Assembly (NCBI GenBank): GCA_951406725.2
Contig: OX597831.1
Coordinates: forward strand, 18,228,001 to 18,292,000
DNA length: 64,000 bases
Direction: 5' to 3'
Origin: Octopus vulgaris
Taxonomy: Eukaryota
This document shows, piece after piece, positions 1 through 17,251 of the stretch. Every line of letters starts with the position of its first letter. Position 1 is the first letter of the stretch. Under the pieces are notes generated by a model. That model was not told where the DNA came from and ran no database searches. It saw only the letters and a list, made by a program, of their open reading frames with translations. Made by a program: the position numbers and the translations under genes.

Positions 1-374
1 AACCGGCTTGCGTGCAAGCGTGGTAGTTATACTCGGAGACTGGTCAATATAAAGATCGGCAAAGGACTAGTAACAGAATATTTTGTAAGAAATAGAACTT
101 GTATCATCGGTCTTAAATTTATTTTCGCCAGTTTGTATATTATATATATATAATGTATATAATACGAGAATTTTAATGGAGATAACCTGCAGTATATAGT
201 ACAACATTTTAGTCTCCGTATATGAGCTAAGTTTTAATAAAATGTGGTATACGATAAAAATTTCGGATATTTGTCTTTAAAAATTCAGACAAGAAAATTC
301 AGATGTAGCACATATATTCCATACGAATATACACATATTTATGTTAAGAGTTTCATGAAAAAAATATAGAAATA

Positions 375-939
375 TTGGGTTGTCCGGAAAGTTCGTGCCG
401 ATTTATAGTAGCTTAGCTTTCGACTTATTTTAGAACATGTTTGAGTCCATACAATAGGATTTGACTACACCTCCATTTAGAGCAGAGTTTAAGCTATCTT
501 TTCGTGGAAGAAGGTTTATGTTCCTATAATATGTGTTAATTCTGTAACCCTTTAAAATAAAAGATCAGAAAGTTCATTTTCGGCGCATGATGCTTTGGGA
601 ACCAGACAAAAATTGCTGCAGCTCGGCCGGGATGTGTTACCCCCACCCTCCCTATTCCCCAGGTATTGCTCCTTCTGATTTTCACTTATTCAGGTCTCTG
701 CAGAAAAGTCTTAATGGTAAAAATGTCAATTCCTTAGATGACGTAAAATGATACCTTGACGAATTCTTTGCCTTGAAACCACTCCAATTCTGGGAAGAGG
801 GTATTTTCAAGGTAAAGGAAAGATGGAGACGTTTTGTGCAACGAAATGATTTAGATTTGGTTCATTAAAAATGTAATGGCAAGTATTTAGCGACTTTTAC
901 TTTCTTTAAAAATCGGAACGAAGTTTCTGGACGACCCAA
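375..939 (+). mobile_element. Internally deleted mariner (non-autonomous) with TIRs and TA target-site duplication
   Basis: TIR ttgggttgtccggaaagttcgtgccgattt / aaatcggaacgaagtttctggacgacccaa is flanked by TA. The interior encodes an HPPYSP.IAPSDFHLFRSL-like transposase C-terminus at about 630-860. Confidence 0.9.
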
Positions 940-1508
940 TATAAACATAACAATGAAATATGAATATAAACAGGAAAAATAAAAACCAAAATTGAAAGAG
1001 GCGATTAAAATTTTTTTCCTAACCAGCAGCCGTTTCAGGAAAGTGGTTGTACGAAGTATTCGAAATTCAGCCCTCCTTCCTCAGCATTCCTTTATCGAGG
1101 TAAAATCCAGCAAAAAGCATTAAGGCACTACATGGTGAGTATTCAGTTGATTTTATTATTACCCACAAGGGGCGAACGTAGAGGGGGACAGTACAATCGG
1201 GGGAAAAAATAAAAATAATGAAATATGAAAATATGTATAAATGTGGTGTAATGCTCCACCCGATCCCCGAAATCAGGCGGTTAAATTTCGTCATTTTATA
1301 ATGTTTTCAACAGTAACAAATTCATTTTTCAGCATTTTACAATACATTTCAGTACATTTCAAAATATAATTTCAAAATACATTATCAATTACAGAAAAAT
1401 TGTTTTCACAATTCACATATAAATCTTTCGCAATACATCTTTAAGGTTTCAAAATACATAACCAAAAGTCTTTCCAAATTTTCTCCTTTTTTTTTTTTTT
1501 CTTTAATT

Positions 1509-2790
1509 TTAAATTATTTCCATTACCTTTTTTAGGTCATTATAGTTTTCCATTTCTTTTGGGTACCTTAGTAGTCGGCACTTCATTTGTCTTGTTACAT
1601 TCGTTCCAGCGGCTTTGATAAACGCCTCGGCGTTGTCTTCATGGATCAGTGCACCCGTTTCCTTCCACTCCGTGCCCATCCTGACCCATGAATATCCTTC
1701 CGTTTCGCTTATAAGTTCTTCCATTTCGCCACAGTGTTTATATTGTACCAATGTTCCGTAAAATTTGTATCGTCTATTTGACCCTATGTTTTCTTTGGTT
1801 TTCCTCTTCGGGCTTACTTCTTCTTTACTTCCCTCTCTCGGTTTTTCTCTTTCTCTCTTTTTGCTTTCCTTTTCTTTTTCCTTCTTTTGTCTTTTTGGTT
1901 CTTTGTCTGTCGTATGTTCTTTTCCTGTTTTTTCTTTTTCTTTTTGTGTAGTAGCCTTTCCTTTCTCTTGGTTCTGTTCCTTCTCTTGTTTTTTTCCTGT
2001 TTTTTCACTTTCCTTTATTTTACTTTCTTTTTCTTTCTCTATTACCTGTGACTTTTGTTCTTTTTCTATTAATTCCTTCTCTTTGCCTTCATTTTCCTTC
2101 TGTGTATTGTTATTTCCTTTTACCGTTGTTTCCTTTTCCTTGCTTTCTTTCTCCTTTAGAGTATTGTTCCCTTCTTCGGGTTCTTTTTCTTTCTCTTTTC
2201 TGTTTTCCTCTGCTCTTTCACACTCCGCCACAAATTCGTAAAGCGGACATTCTTTTTAATATGACCTCTTGTCCCACATAGATAACAGTTGGGCTTCCTC
2301 CTCAACTATTACGCAGAGGGGTCTACCATCTTCTACTTCTATTTGGAAGGGAATTCGGTCTATATCTCTGTTTGTGGCTGTCAGCCACATCTCTATTCCG
2401 AATCCCTTCCATTTCACTATGCTGGTCTCTTTTATCGATCCAATTTCTATACCTTCTTCTGCTGATCCTAGGATGGCTGTTACCAGCCATTCTGTTTTTA
2501 AATCTGGGGTTATGTTTGGGATTTTAACCCGCACCCCTCTTTTCCCCTTGTAGGTAGGCCACATGACGAAGTTTTCGCCTCTGAGTACGGTGGTAGCTAG
2601 TGAGGCCGCAACTTCTTTTGTTGCGTACCTCACCTCCACCGTACCATATTTTCTGCCTCTGCATACAAAGGTAGCCTTTTTCATAACGTCGTCCAGACAT
2701 TTTTCTATGTCTTCTATCGCTATTCTCGATAGCTTTCTTGTGGTCGTGTCCTGTGTCCTATAGATTATAGTTTTTCCTCTTTTTCCTCCT
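1509..2790 (-). mobile_element. Gag/ORF1-like retroelement relic with CCHC zinc knuckle and Lys/Glu-rich tail
   Basis: ORF 2256-2684 frameshifts near 2300 into CYLCGTRGHIKKEC (CX2CX4HX4C), followed by the K/E-rich ORF 1509-2231. Confidence 0.65.
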
Positions 2791-2795
2791 TTGCT

Positions 2796-3110
2796 TCAAC
2801 AGGGGGGACCACCTATGACAACAGATATTGTTTTAGTTTTCAGGTTCCACATTTTGCTGATTTCTATTTCAATATCTTTATATTTCCTCAGTTTTTGGTA
2901 GGTCTTGTCAGATACGTTTATATCGATTGGGACAGTCATATCGATGAGGAGGCATGTTCTTTGTTTGAAGTCTTTCAATATGATGTCTGGCCTATTTGCC
3001 TCTATATTTCTGTCAGTTTGAATGGTGAAGTTCCACAGCAGTGAGATGTGGTCATTTTCAAGCACTGGAGGTGGATTGTGTTCCCACAAGTTTTTTTCAT
3101 GGGGCAAAGC
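2796..3110 (-). mobile_element. R4/Dong-like LINE fragment (RLE endonuclease), family C
   Basis: LWNFTIQTDR..ANRPDII...LIDMTVP..K..KYKD; homologous to 58070-58370. Confidence 0.85.
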
Positions 3111-3112
3111 CA

Positions 3113-3224
<112 letters not shown>

Positions 3225-3344
3225 CATCATCTTCATCATCATCATCATTTTATTAGTAGTAGTATTATCATCATTATTATTATTATTGTTGTTGCTGTTA
3301 TTATTATTATTATTATTATTATTGTTATCATTATTACTATTTTT

Positions 3345-5150
3345 CCTTCTAACTTCAAATTTTCTTCCGTTTCTCGCCGAGTGTTTTCAATAAACCTAGG
3401 GCAGAGAAGCTCATTGTATGCATTCCCAGAATACACAAGCAAATTCAAAGATAAAATATGTGTTTAAAAATTATTAAATAAATAAATTCATGGTTGGATG
3501 TTGTTTTCACAGCGATAATGCTCTTCTCAGTACAGGAGCCGTTCCAGTTTATTACGATTTTTTGCACTCCCTGTAGGGATGGTAAGCCTGGAATCATTTT
3601 CAAATAGGTTTCAGTACCTTTTTTTATCATTTCTAGAGATCCTACAATCATTGGTACTGTAGTTGCCTTGAGATGCCACATTTTTTCAATTTCTAGTAGC
3701 AGGTCTTTCTATTTATTAATCTTGTCAAATTCTTTCGTCGCTATATTGTGATCGCAAGGGTTACTTATGTCAATTAATAAACATATATTTTCTCACTGAT
3801 CTTTTATAATTATAACCGGTCTATTAGCTTGTATAATCTTGTCGGTCAGTACGGGGAAGTAAAATAGATTCGACACATTTTATCTCCCTCAGTCACAGCT
3901 TCAGGATGATGTTTATACCATTTGTCAGCGGTTTTGATTTTATAATGCCGACATATTGTCCAGTGTAAATACTGGCCGACTCTGTCATGTCTTGCTTTAT
4001 ATTCTGCAGGTGCTAAGACTCTACACCCTGAGATTAGGTGGTCTATAATTTCAATCTCATCGTTACAGAATCGGCATTTTGTGTCAGCTCATATTTTATC
4101 ACATTGGCTTGGTAGTTCCGGGTTAATAAGCTTTGGTCTTGAGCAGCTAATATGAAAACTTCACTCTCTGCTTTTAGCTCTAAGCTTCGTAACCATTGGT
4201 GCGTGTGTTTCTGGTCGACATCAGCTTGCTTGCTACGGGCCACATACATGGCATGGAGAGGTTTCTGTTCCAATCTGCTAGCTTAATTTTCTTGTGCTTT
4301 TGTCTTTGCAATAAATTTTATTTTCTTTGCAGCTGCAGGTGGCGCATTTCCTTCAGCCTGATCAATCTAGTGGGTATCTAAGAGATCAGAAGCGAATTTT
4401 TTGCTCTCTTTGAGAATAGAGTGAAGTTTTATCGGTCTTTCATTTTTTTCCAACAAGTTTTAGCATTCAATCGTTGGTTGCTCCAAGGCCAGTCCGATTG
4501 TGGTGGCTTTGTATGTAAGTTCAAGCTGGATCAAACCTCGACCTCCCCGAGCTCTGGGAAGGTAAAGGTGATCCACGTCTGCCTTTGGATGGTGAATCTT
4601 ATTACAAGTCAGTAGCTTACGGATGTTCCTGTCAATTTTCATTATTTCCCTGGTATTCAAGTTAAGCACATTGAAGCTATAAAGGACAACTGGTACTGCT
4701 AAGTAATTTATGCCTAAAACATTATTACATGCATTCAGCTCAGACTTCAGGACTGCTCGGACTCTTCTATAACAATCTTTCCTAACCTTCTCTTTCATGC
4801 TTGCATGCTGGATACCAGAGCCTTCATTTATTCCTGGGTATTTATAGGTTTGTTCTTGCTCAAGCACCTTTATTACTGTTTCGACATCTAATTCGATGGA
4901 ACTAGACTTTACCAATTTCCCTTTCTTAAAAGTGGCTTTGGCACACTTTTCAAGGCCAAACTCCATCCCGATATCATCACTGAATCCTTTCACAGTATGT
5001 AATAATCCTTCAAGCTTTTCATCATTTTTGCCATATAAATTTACATCGTCCATATACAATAGATGGCTTATTTTCTTGTCAATTTCGTAGCCATATTATG
5101 TTCTGTTCAGTTCACTTGAGAGTGGTATTAGTGCTATGCAGAAATGATTA
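3345..5150 (-). mobile_element. R4/Dong-like LINE, 5'-truncated, family B (end of RT, CCHC, RLE, 3'UTR)
   Basis: YMDD RT motif, FGLEKCAK, AAQDQSLLTRNY; flanked by (ATT)n. Confidence 0.9.
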
Positions 5151-5201
5151 TAACACTTATTATTGTTATTATTATCATCATTATTATTATTATTATTATT
5201 A

Positions 5202-5251
<50 letters not shown>

Positions 5252-5277
5252 GTTATTATTATTATTATTATTTTTAT

Positions 5278-7883
<2,606 letters not shown>

Positions 7884-7990
7884 TTTATTGGTACTCTTAT
7901 TACAATTATCATCATTGTTATTATTCTTATTATTATTATTATTAATATTATTATTATTATTAACATTTTTATTATTGTTATTATTTCTAT

Positions 7991-8215
7991 GGCGGCGAGC
8001 TGGCAGAAACGTTTGCACGCCGGGAAAAATGTTTACCCGTATTTCGTCTTTCATTATGTTATGAGTTCAAATTGCGCCGAGGTCAACTTTGCCTTTCATC
8101 CGTTCGATAAGTTAAGTAACGTTTACGCACAGGGGTCGATGTAATCGACTAAATACCTATGTCGGTTCTTGTTTGTACCCTCAATGTTTAGCCCCTTTTG
8201 CGTAATAAAGAAATA
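7991..8215 (+). mobile_element. tRNA-derived SINE (octopus type)
   Basis: ggcggcgagctggcagaa head, B-box gagttcaaat, ccgaggtc.actttgcctttcatcc core. Confidence 0.8.
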
Positions 8216-8217
8216 TG

Positions 8218-8385
8218 TATTTTGCCTGTCGCTACGTTCTCAGTTGAAATTCCGCCTAGATCAATTTCACTCTTCATCCTTTCAAAACCTATAAAAGAGA
8301 TACCAATGGAACACTTGGGTCGATGTAATCGATCCATCCTTTTCATCAAAATTGCTGCCCTTTTTGCAAAATTAGAAACCATTGC
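8218..8385 (-). mobile_element. Degenerate SINE copy
   Basis: Contains a gaaattccgcctagatcaatttcactcttcatcctttc core variant; orientation and edges are approximate. Confidence 0.45.
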
Positions 8386-8409
8386 TTTATTAATTATTAT
8401 TATTATTAC

Positions 8410-8812
8410 TATTTTGAGAGTTTCTCCATTTCTTTTAGAGAAACGTTGTCATCTGCCGGTATTGATACATCTATTAGAAAGCATTTTTTTCTTCATGATC
8501 TCTGACAACAATATCTGGTCTGTTGGCCTTAATTTCTCTATCTGTGTGTATCGGCATATCCCAGAGTATGGTTGCTTTCTCGTTTTCTGTGACCTTTTCT
8601 CGTGTGTACCTATACCATCTTTTTTCTGTTGTTAATCCATAATGTTGGCATAGCTTCCAATGTATGTAGGTTCCAACACTGTCATGTCTGTGAATGTATT
8701 CCTTCTTAGCCAGGACTGGGCAGCTAGAGATAATATGATTTATTGTTTCTTGTCCATCTCCACATATTCTGCAGTTACTTGTAATATTTCTTTTCATTAC
8801 ATGTTTTTGGTA
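8410..8812 (-). mobile_element. Internal fragment of family A R4/Dong LINE
   Basis: Near-identical to about 5580-5982. Confidence 0.9.
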
Positions 8813-8842
8813 ATTATTATTATTATTATTATTATTATTATG

Positions 8843-8926
<84 letters not shown>

Positions 8927-9618
8927 GTGGTTATAATTAATTTTATAATGTAAGTATATGTGTGTATGCGCGCGTGTGTATATATACGTATGTATATATT
9001 TAGGCAATGATTTAAACAAGAAAGCTGATCTCACTGTGTTGATATTGTTGAAGCTTTTGTAAAAGTAGAATCAACTGGAAACACGATTTCAGAGTTTTAT
9101 TGCCTCGGAAAGAAACTTCAATTTCTGCTTCAACATAGTTTACGTCGTTCTTTAGAAAGTTATCTCAGTGTAAAGTCTCGGTGACAGTATAGTTTAGTTT
9201 AAATAATTGACAAGGGCTGGACTAGCTTTCGCCAACACGAGAGCTCCTCCTGCCGTATCTTTAATCGTTGACGACAACACTATATCTCTTCGGGATTTTC
9301 GCGCTTGTTTTCGGGTCTCTGGCAAGTTTCAGTAAGAAATACAACAGTTTTGACAAGAAATGTGTTCTATTTCAATTTCACCTCTGTCGAAAGCAAAGAT
9401 GTTAAATTGATGAAAAGATCGATATTTCACTGGTAGTTATACTCATTACAATTGTGTTCCGTACCAATTTTCTTCTGCTGAAGACCGTACTCATTTAGGT
9501 GCAAAAGAATAACATCAGGAAATAAATGTAATATTATATGACGCCAAACTCGTGTATGCATCTCATCAAAATACTTTGAATGTATATCAATAAATGTTCT
9601 ATTCGATTCTTTTTACAG

Positions 9619-9683
9619 ATGAAATTTCAGTCAGTATTCACCGCTGTACTTGTGGTTACATTACAAATGCATAATTAAATAAA
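9619..9683 (+). CDS. Terminal exon of an upstream paralog (gene 0; its other exons are not seen and presumably lie before the window): MKFQSVFTAVLVVTLQMHN* with AATAAA
   Basis: Nearly identical to 35526-35590, with intact acceptor, stop and polyA signal. Confidence 0.7.
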
Positions 9684-10258
9684 GACCACCATACAATGAT
9701 AACCTGAGTGCCTTATTTTATAGTCATAATTAAGGCTCTAAACTTGTATGTCTAAAATGTGTCATAAACATATACAATTACAGGAATCATGTTACGTTTT
9801 CTTAAACTTACGATATCACCAACATGGACGGAATATAATGTTGAACATTATACTTTAGAAACTACAACTTATAGCCACAATTTCCATAATAATATTAACG
9901 GTGGTATGGAACAGCTTTTAGTTTTATTAAAATAATAACGCAATGGTACATAAATACGTTCACATACACAACACACACACACACAATGCACCACACATAT
10001 AAACGTCTCCATCTTGAAAACGTATCCCACACAATGATATATATATATATATTAGGGAGTAAATCGTAGTTTTTTCTTTATAATTAGTAGATTTTATCTC
10101 TACGTTTATTTGTAAGACTTTACTTAGACAATGAAATATGTAGATCGTTAACAGTTATAAGAGTTCTTTTTTAAAGTTAGGTTTCATGTATATACATGTA
10201 TTGATAGCATAAAGTTTAGTCTTAAATAACTATATCTGTTGATAGTTATGTTAAATAT

Positions 10259-10368
<110 letters not shown>

Positions 10369-12055
10369 TGTATATAGAGTGCGAGTGAAAAGTCGCACTC
10401 AGCTTCTCGGTAAACATGATCGTCTTGGTTATCTTTCAGATTATCATTGACTGTTTTGAATCTTACGGAGTCTGGATCAAGTATCATATTGTTCACATTC
10501 TGTGACATCCCAACCCGTTCAACAAGATTTTGTAGTCAATTAATTTCCAAACTAGAAATCATATGTTTGAAAATTAAAACAGGTGTTGAGTGCTTTTCTT
10601 GTTGACTCAAACTTCAATATGCATTTGTCCCCCTTATTCATTCGAAAACTGGGTTGCCAGTTCTGACTAATGGGGCACCTAAATATTCAGTAACTTTTCG
10701 GCTACCAATCAAACTTTCTTTTTATTTACATATTTGCATTGCAAAAAATTAACATTATCCTCATTGTAAAACGATATTTTACACTACGACGACGATGATG
10801 TCACATTTTCTATGTGAGAGTGTGTATGTGTTTCTCAGTGTGTGAGTTTGTGCGTTCCTTACAAACGTTAGTTCGATGACTGTCAAGTATTTGTGCTTGA
10901 TGGCGTACGTTTGATACACACACATACATATATCTTCGTATATGTATGTTACCGATTGTCAGAATCTATGTGTGTGCGAGTGTATATGTGATAATTGTTA
11001 TGAAACGAGCCGTTTGTTAAGCGTTTATTGTAGTTGAGTTCTGGACGCTGTACGAAAAACTGCGTTGACATTTAACTACCGCAGTTTGTCTTATATGTAG
11101 GATGAAGCAACTGGTTAACTGTAAGTTTATAATAGTTACACCAGCCTATTTGAGACAGGCAATCTATAGCTTACGGTGTACTGAAACACGGTGCAGAAAC
11201 AAGAAAACAAGGTACTTTAGGTAGATGGTATGCAGCATCTGGGAACGATTAGGCGACACTTTCGAAAGCTGAAGGGAGCAAACAGCTAATCAGTGCTCCG
11301 CAAAGATGCTCAAGTAGAATATAGAATTTCGGTTACTATTATAGAGATGAAGGTATTATGAACGCATATAACAAACAAGACATTTAGACGGATTGCGAAG
11401 GCCAAACACATGGTAATATACAAAGAGAACCTCAACAGCAAACGTGAACAGAACAATACATTCCCCACCATACACCACAAAGCGCGACAACTAAAGACAG
11501 GGGATAAAGAGAAACGGATACAAATAGTATCATATATACATGAAAGACAAATATGCACGTGAATATAGTGCAATATAAAAATTAGGGATAAATAAGGAAA
11601 GAAATTAAGAAAAAAATTAAATACAGGGAACGGATTCGCGCAATATAGTAAGCTAAACCATATACACACGAACGCCCATAAAATAAATTCCCAAACGGCC
11701 GAACCATATGGAAATCAAGTACGATAATTAGAATGGTAACAACATGGACGAACAACCACTCACAGAATGATACAAAAACAGCATCTAAATAAGCGTCCAG
11801 AATTGCAGAGAAACAGGAGAGCAAGTGTAGCAAAGTGGGGGTGAACATACCAAATATTTGTACCACTAAGAACAACGAGAATAAGGTATACAAACACTGT
11901 TATATGGAGCAAGGTCAGAAATAATAGAGTAGGGATGACCAATCACACAGAAACAAATACACGTAGAAAACAGACAGACACACGTAGATAGGCGCACGCA
12001 CAAACACACATATACATATATAATTTCACACACACACACACACACACACACAACA

Positions 12056-12135
<80 letters not shown>

Positions 12136-12277
12136 TATATAGCGAGCCCGTACCCTTTTTTGTCTTGTATGTAAGTAGATATTTTCTTTAAACTTGGAAC
12201 TTCTCTATAACACTGTCTCTCTCTCCCCCTCTCCTACATTTCTCTGCCTTTCACATTTTGCACTCCACTTTGATCTG

Positions 12278-12310
<33 letters not shown>

Positions 12311-13023
12311 TTTCGTCCTCCTTTGTTCCTTGTTCCCCTTTTTTCTCTCTTCCTCTGTCCCTCTTTTCCTCTCTCTTCGCCTCAAGGCATTTTTCTAATG
12401 CGCCAGCTGAAGCTCACCCGTCTTGTCGAAAAGACGCCTGTCTGTGACGTCCTGTTTTTGTTATTATGATCATTATTATTTTTACGTATTTTTGTATTCT
12501 TATTCGTTCCCGTCCTTGTTTTGTATACATTCGAGGCTTTCTTCCAAGGAATATAATGCACTTGGCTTAGATTTTACTTTGGGGCTGGCCAGGTAGGAGC
12601 AATTTGGAGATTGCGAGAATGTTCCAGTTCTTGACTGAAGATTGAAGGCTTCGAATGTCCCGTCCGTGGTTTTTGTATAGTCTTCTAGTCTTCTAAATGT
12701 TTGCGTTCTTGTCCCAGTTTGTATTTTTTTTACATATACATATATATATATATATATATACATTTGCAAGTTCACACACTCACACACACAGAGATCTATA
12801 CACAGCCTAGCGATGGACAAATGTGAAAAGCGTGCGATCTACATTCTGTAGGAGAAAAGATGATTACTAAAACAGAAGACGAAAATTTGTCTAGAGATTC
12901 CCGACCAACATTTCACACGGGATTCCAGCCAGTGTGGTCTCCAGTTGAAACCACCAAAACTGATTTGTCGGTGTTTATATATCCGGTCATGTACATTTTT
13001 GGTATAATATGTATGCTTTCAAA

Positions 13024-13415
13024 GTCGGCGAACTGGCGGAAACCTTAAGGACGGCGTGAGAAATTCTTATCAGTATTTCGTTTGTCTTTACGTTCTGATT
13101 TCAAATTCCGCCGAGGTCGATCTTGCCGTCCATCCTTTCGGGGTCGATAAATTAAGTACCAGTTCCGTATTGCAATCAATCTAATCGACTGCCCCCACCA
13201 ACACCCCTGAAAAATTTCGGGCCGTGTGACTAGAGTAGAAAAGAATACGTGTGTTTGTAGAGGCGGTGAACTGGCAGGACCGTTACGGTGAAATGATTAG
13301 CGGTATTTCGTTTGTCTTTACATTTTGCGTTCAAATCCTGTGGACTGCGATCAATCTAATCGACTGCGCCCCTCCTCCATAAATTCCGGAACTTCAGCCT
13401 ACATTAGAAAATAAT
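13024..13415 (+). mobile_element. Two tandem SINE copies (duplicated at 39654-40045)
   Basis: ggcg.actggc heads at about 13025 and 13262; ccgccgaggtcga...catcctttcggggtcgataaattaagtacc core. Confidence 0.8.
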
Positions 13416-15768
13416 ATTTATGCTTGCTTTTTATACGACTTCTCCTATTGTTGTATACGAAAATCCTGTAGTGTGATCTCGAACTTTCACGTGTAGGGGT
13501 ACTATTATTTTTAGGGTAACTGTGACTTGTAGAGTTAAGCCAATTTCGTTATTTACTTTCTTTGTCTGACTGTGTGGTGTTTTACAGCTGGTTGTTTTCA
13601 ATGAATTTGTCTGAAATCGCTTATTTGGAAATGTAAATTTTCGTTGCCAATTTTTGTCAGTTGTCAAGTAAATTACAGCTACTTACATTTGGGGCCTTCT
13701 TTGATCATTCGAATTTCAGTTTACCTGTAAAGAATGAAAGTAGATAATAATAACAGGAGTTGAAAATAAGGCATACACGATTTCATAACTTAGTCAGCTT
13801 ATAAACATTCAAACTACTATGTGCGTATATATGATGTGTGGATTTATGTGTATGTATGTATGTATGTATGTATGTATGTATGTATGTATGTATGTATGTA
13901 TGTATGTATGTATGTATGTATGTTTGTAGGGTCGGACGTGTATGTGTATCTTTGCAGCCTTATGTACTTATTGCAAGTTGAATAAGTCATGTAAACCAGG
14001 GCATTAACTTCCCGAAAGGGCTGTCTCGAGATAAGAATCTGTTCCAAAGTTGTTGAATGAGTTAATAAATGATTTGTCAATAAATATGGCATAGTTTCTA
14101 GTGGGACATTGACAAATGATGACAGGTTACACGCATTTTGTTTCTTCTTGTCAATCTTGACAAGAGGCAGGAGACGTTCGGAATTGGCAAACCTCCTATG
14201 ATGTTCAGTTATTATAGCAGTCGCGACCAACTTCTAAGTTCCTTTATTCGCTATTGTTTTTTATCCGTGTTCTAAGTTTCGCACTGTGCTCAAAGTTCCT
14301 TATATTCGCTATTGTTTTTTCCGAAATACTGAATCAATACACCACATATTGTCATACACGTTGAAGTGAATCTGTATTGCTACAAGTAGAATCCGTGTTA
14401 CATTTCTTGTAGTTGTCTCGAGCCAGAGTTCTTATTTATTCATTTATTACCTTATCGATTTTATATTACTGATATTATAATAAATTGGAAATGATTAGAA
14501 TTGTCAGAAATCTCTTTAAGTTGATCGTACTACTGAATTTAATGAATATATATATCATTGCTTCAAACTCAGTTTCCTATATATGTAATTAAATATTATA
14601 GTTAACACTAGATTATATTAATACTTGTTTTTCATGACCGTAGATTTTTATTTATATTTCAATTTCCTTCACCACTTATATGTGCGTATTCCAATAATTA
14701 CGGGTTCCACGTTGATTATGTGCTCTTGTCGATGTGTATGTGCGTGTGAATACGCTCTTGTTCATCTATGTGTGTGTCTCTGTCTGATGAAATAAGCTTT
14801 TCAAAAATTTACATACCATGAGGAATTGTATGATTTTACAGGACGTACTTATAGAGAAGGCTTCCTGCTCTAATAGACCGAATTATCGCATTTTTTGCAT
14901 TAGGTATAACGCGAATTTCCCTCCATTCATTTTCACCACACAATTGCACTGTCATTTAAGCCCTCAAGATCCAATAATAACCGAAAAGCAGCAGGAAATA
15001 TTTTATGTAAATAATTTATAAAATAATTTGTTTTTAATGCAATATTCAATTAATACAATTTTCATTTATCGAAAGCAATTTCATATTGCACGTGTAAATA
15101 TGATTGCAAACCACGCTTGAATTTTACTCGAAATATTTTAATATTGATTTATTACACACTTATGGATTTTCAATCAGCTTCTTAGAGTAACATTAACTAT
15201 TTGTAGAATAGCAGTTTACTATATACTAGCAAACTTTCATTTACTAAAGTCAACATATAAATATTGAAGCCCTGAATCCAATAAGGAATTCTATGTCATT
15301 GTGTTTATCAATAAGCCATCTCGTTATAATATATATTTCAGAGATATTCTGCTCAGAAGAGAATATGCAAAACCTATGCAAGTATAGAAGAAACATAATC
15401 CGTAGAGTTCACGTAATCCTCTGCTGTTTTGAAACCCGCTTTCACTTTCGGTGGCTGAGTAGAAATGCGTTCGCTCGTAGACTATACGATTTGTATTAGA
15501 CTTGAAGCAAATCGCATAAATATAACTGTTGCCAACAGAACTGTCGTCTTTGTTACGTATCTCTGTCAAAATGAAACAACTTCAATAAAGTATAAAATCT
15601 GTATTTCTCTGGCAGACGTGCCCAGCTGTTTTCGGTTCGTTGTTATTTCCTTTAAGAAATAATGATAGATAATTCATACAAAATCATATACAAGAAAATT
15701 CATGTATGCATTTCATCAAATTATTTTCCATATATAGGAATAAAGTTTGACTGCTCCTCTCTTCAGAG

Positions 15769-15861
15769 ATGACTTTTCATCTAGCTTTCTTTCTTCCACT
15801 TGTGGTTTCACTCTTAACGAATGCCTGGATAAAGAGCTTGATACAATACGGATTGCACTGA
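15769..15861 (+). pseudogene. Degenerate B-type terminal exon (MTFHLAFFLPLVVSLLTNAW...)
   Basis: Homolog of the 62256 exon. TGAATAAA has become TGGATAAA, so stop and polyA signal are both lost, and the acceptor tttacag has become ttcagag. Confidence 0.6.
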
Positions 15862-15954
15862 CTAATTACCTACATCATATCCCCCATCTACCTTCTCTAT
15901 GATTCTGTGAAAGCGAACATGTTTTACCAATATACTAATCGAATTATATATACA

Positions 15955-16320
<366 letters not shown>

Positions 16321-17154
16321 ACACGTTTATTAATTCGTTTTACTAGATTTCTAATTTGAAACCGTATTCTGAAACGTCTCTCGTTGTATTTCGGGATGCT
16401 CATTTCATTTTTCTTTCTTTTTGCCAAGTAGACAGACACAGGATTTTCGTCACGAGTAATTTACTGTTCATATTATTTTAACAAATATTTCTTTTTCGGG
16501 ACTGGGGAGAGCAGCGTCACAATGGCGTAAGAGTATGCGGTTAAGGGGAAGGTCACACACCAGCTAACCACCATGACACGCACACAACCTTCAACACACA
16601 CTCGCGCGTGCACACACAAGGACACAAATGCATTACGCACATAAGGATACACATCTTAGAAAACCGGAATGGAGCAGGCGGAGCGAAATCATAGACGAAA
16701 AGGAATGGTGTCGCTGAAGAGGTCCCTGGTGCGCGAGGAAATATTTCTGCACAATGGACATGAGTGGAAATAATAAAATCAGAACTGTAGTAAATGACTG
16801 AAAGAAAACGAAGTCTGTGTGTTTATTCGGCAAAAAAGATGTCACCCTGATGTCAGTGAAAATTGACGCGTATATCATACAGATGGGAGATCCGGAAAAG
16901 ATTTGGCCTACAGTTTAGTAATGTGGTAATTATCAGTCCCGGAACGGATCTGAACTGCATTGGAGATAACATCCCACTATCCGAGATAAAAATAACATCT
17001 GTAGTTCCTAGTGTCTGTACTGTAAACTACCCTCAGCTTTTCATTTTATTCCCACGGGGGCCGAGAAACCTAGAAAGGAGGGAGGTATGTGTATTCAATA
17101 TCCACAAACGGTTCTAATGCGGGCAATACAAAAGGAAACAACCTCCTAAACACA

Positions 17155-17251
17155 AACACATCGAACTACTTCAATCTAGCAACAGTATTAATTGCATAAT
17201 GGCTGTATGAGCTCCAACCTTAATCTCCAGACTAAAAGAATAAAACAAAAT
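17155..17251 (+). other. Putative non-coding first exon of gene 1 (start approximate)
   Basis: Consensus donor GTAAGT at 17252 lies upstream of the acceptor ending at 17507, with a TATA-like tacaaaag near 17127. The homologous donor in gene 2 is GGAAGT (45065). Confidence 0.4.

Noticed and set aside
9619-9678. The ATG-initiated hydrophobic peptides MKFQSVF... as signal-peptide first exons or standalone micropeptides
   Set aside because: They are preceded directly by a splice acceptor and followed immediately by stop plus AATAAA with no donor; they fit in phase 0 as terminal exons
13844-14230. Minus-strand 128/138-aa ORF conserved in both duplicated units (likewise the ORFs at 11582, 15293 and 15465)
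   Set aside because: The conservation is explained by the recent duplication; there is no recognisable domain, and the 13844 ORF ends in a microsatellite
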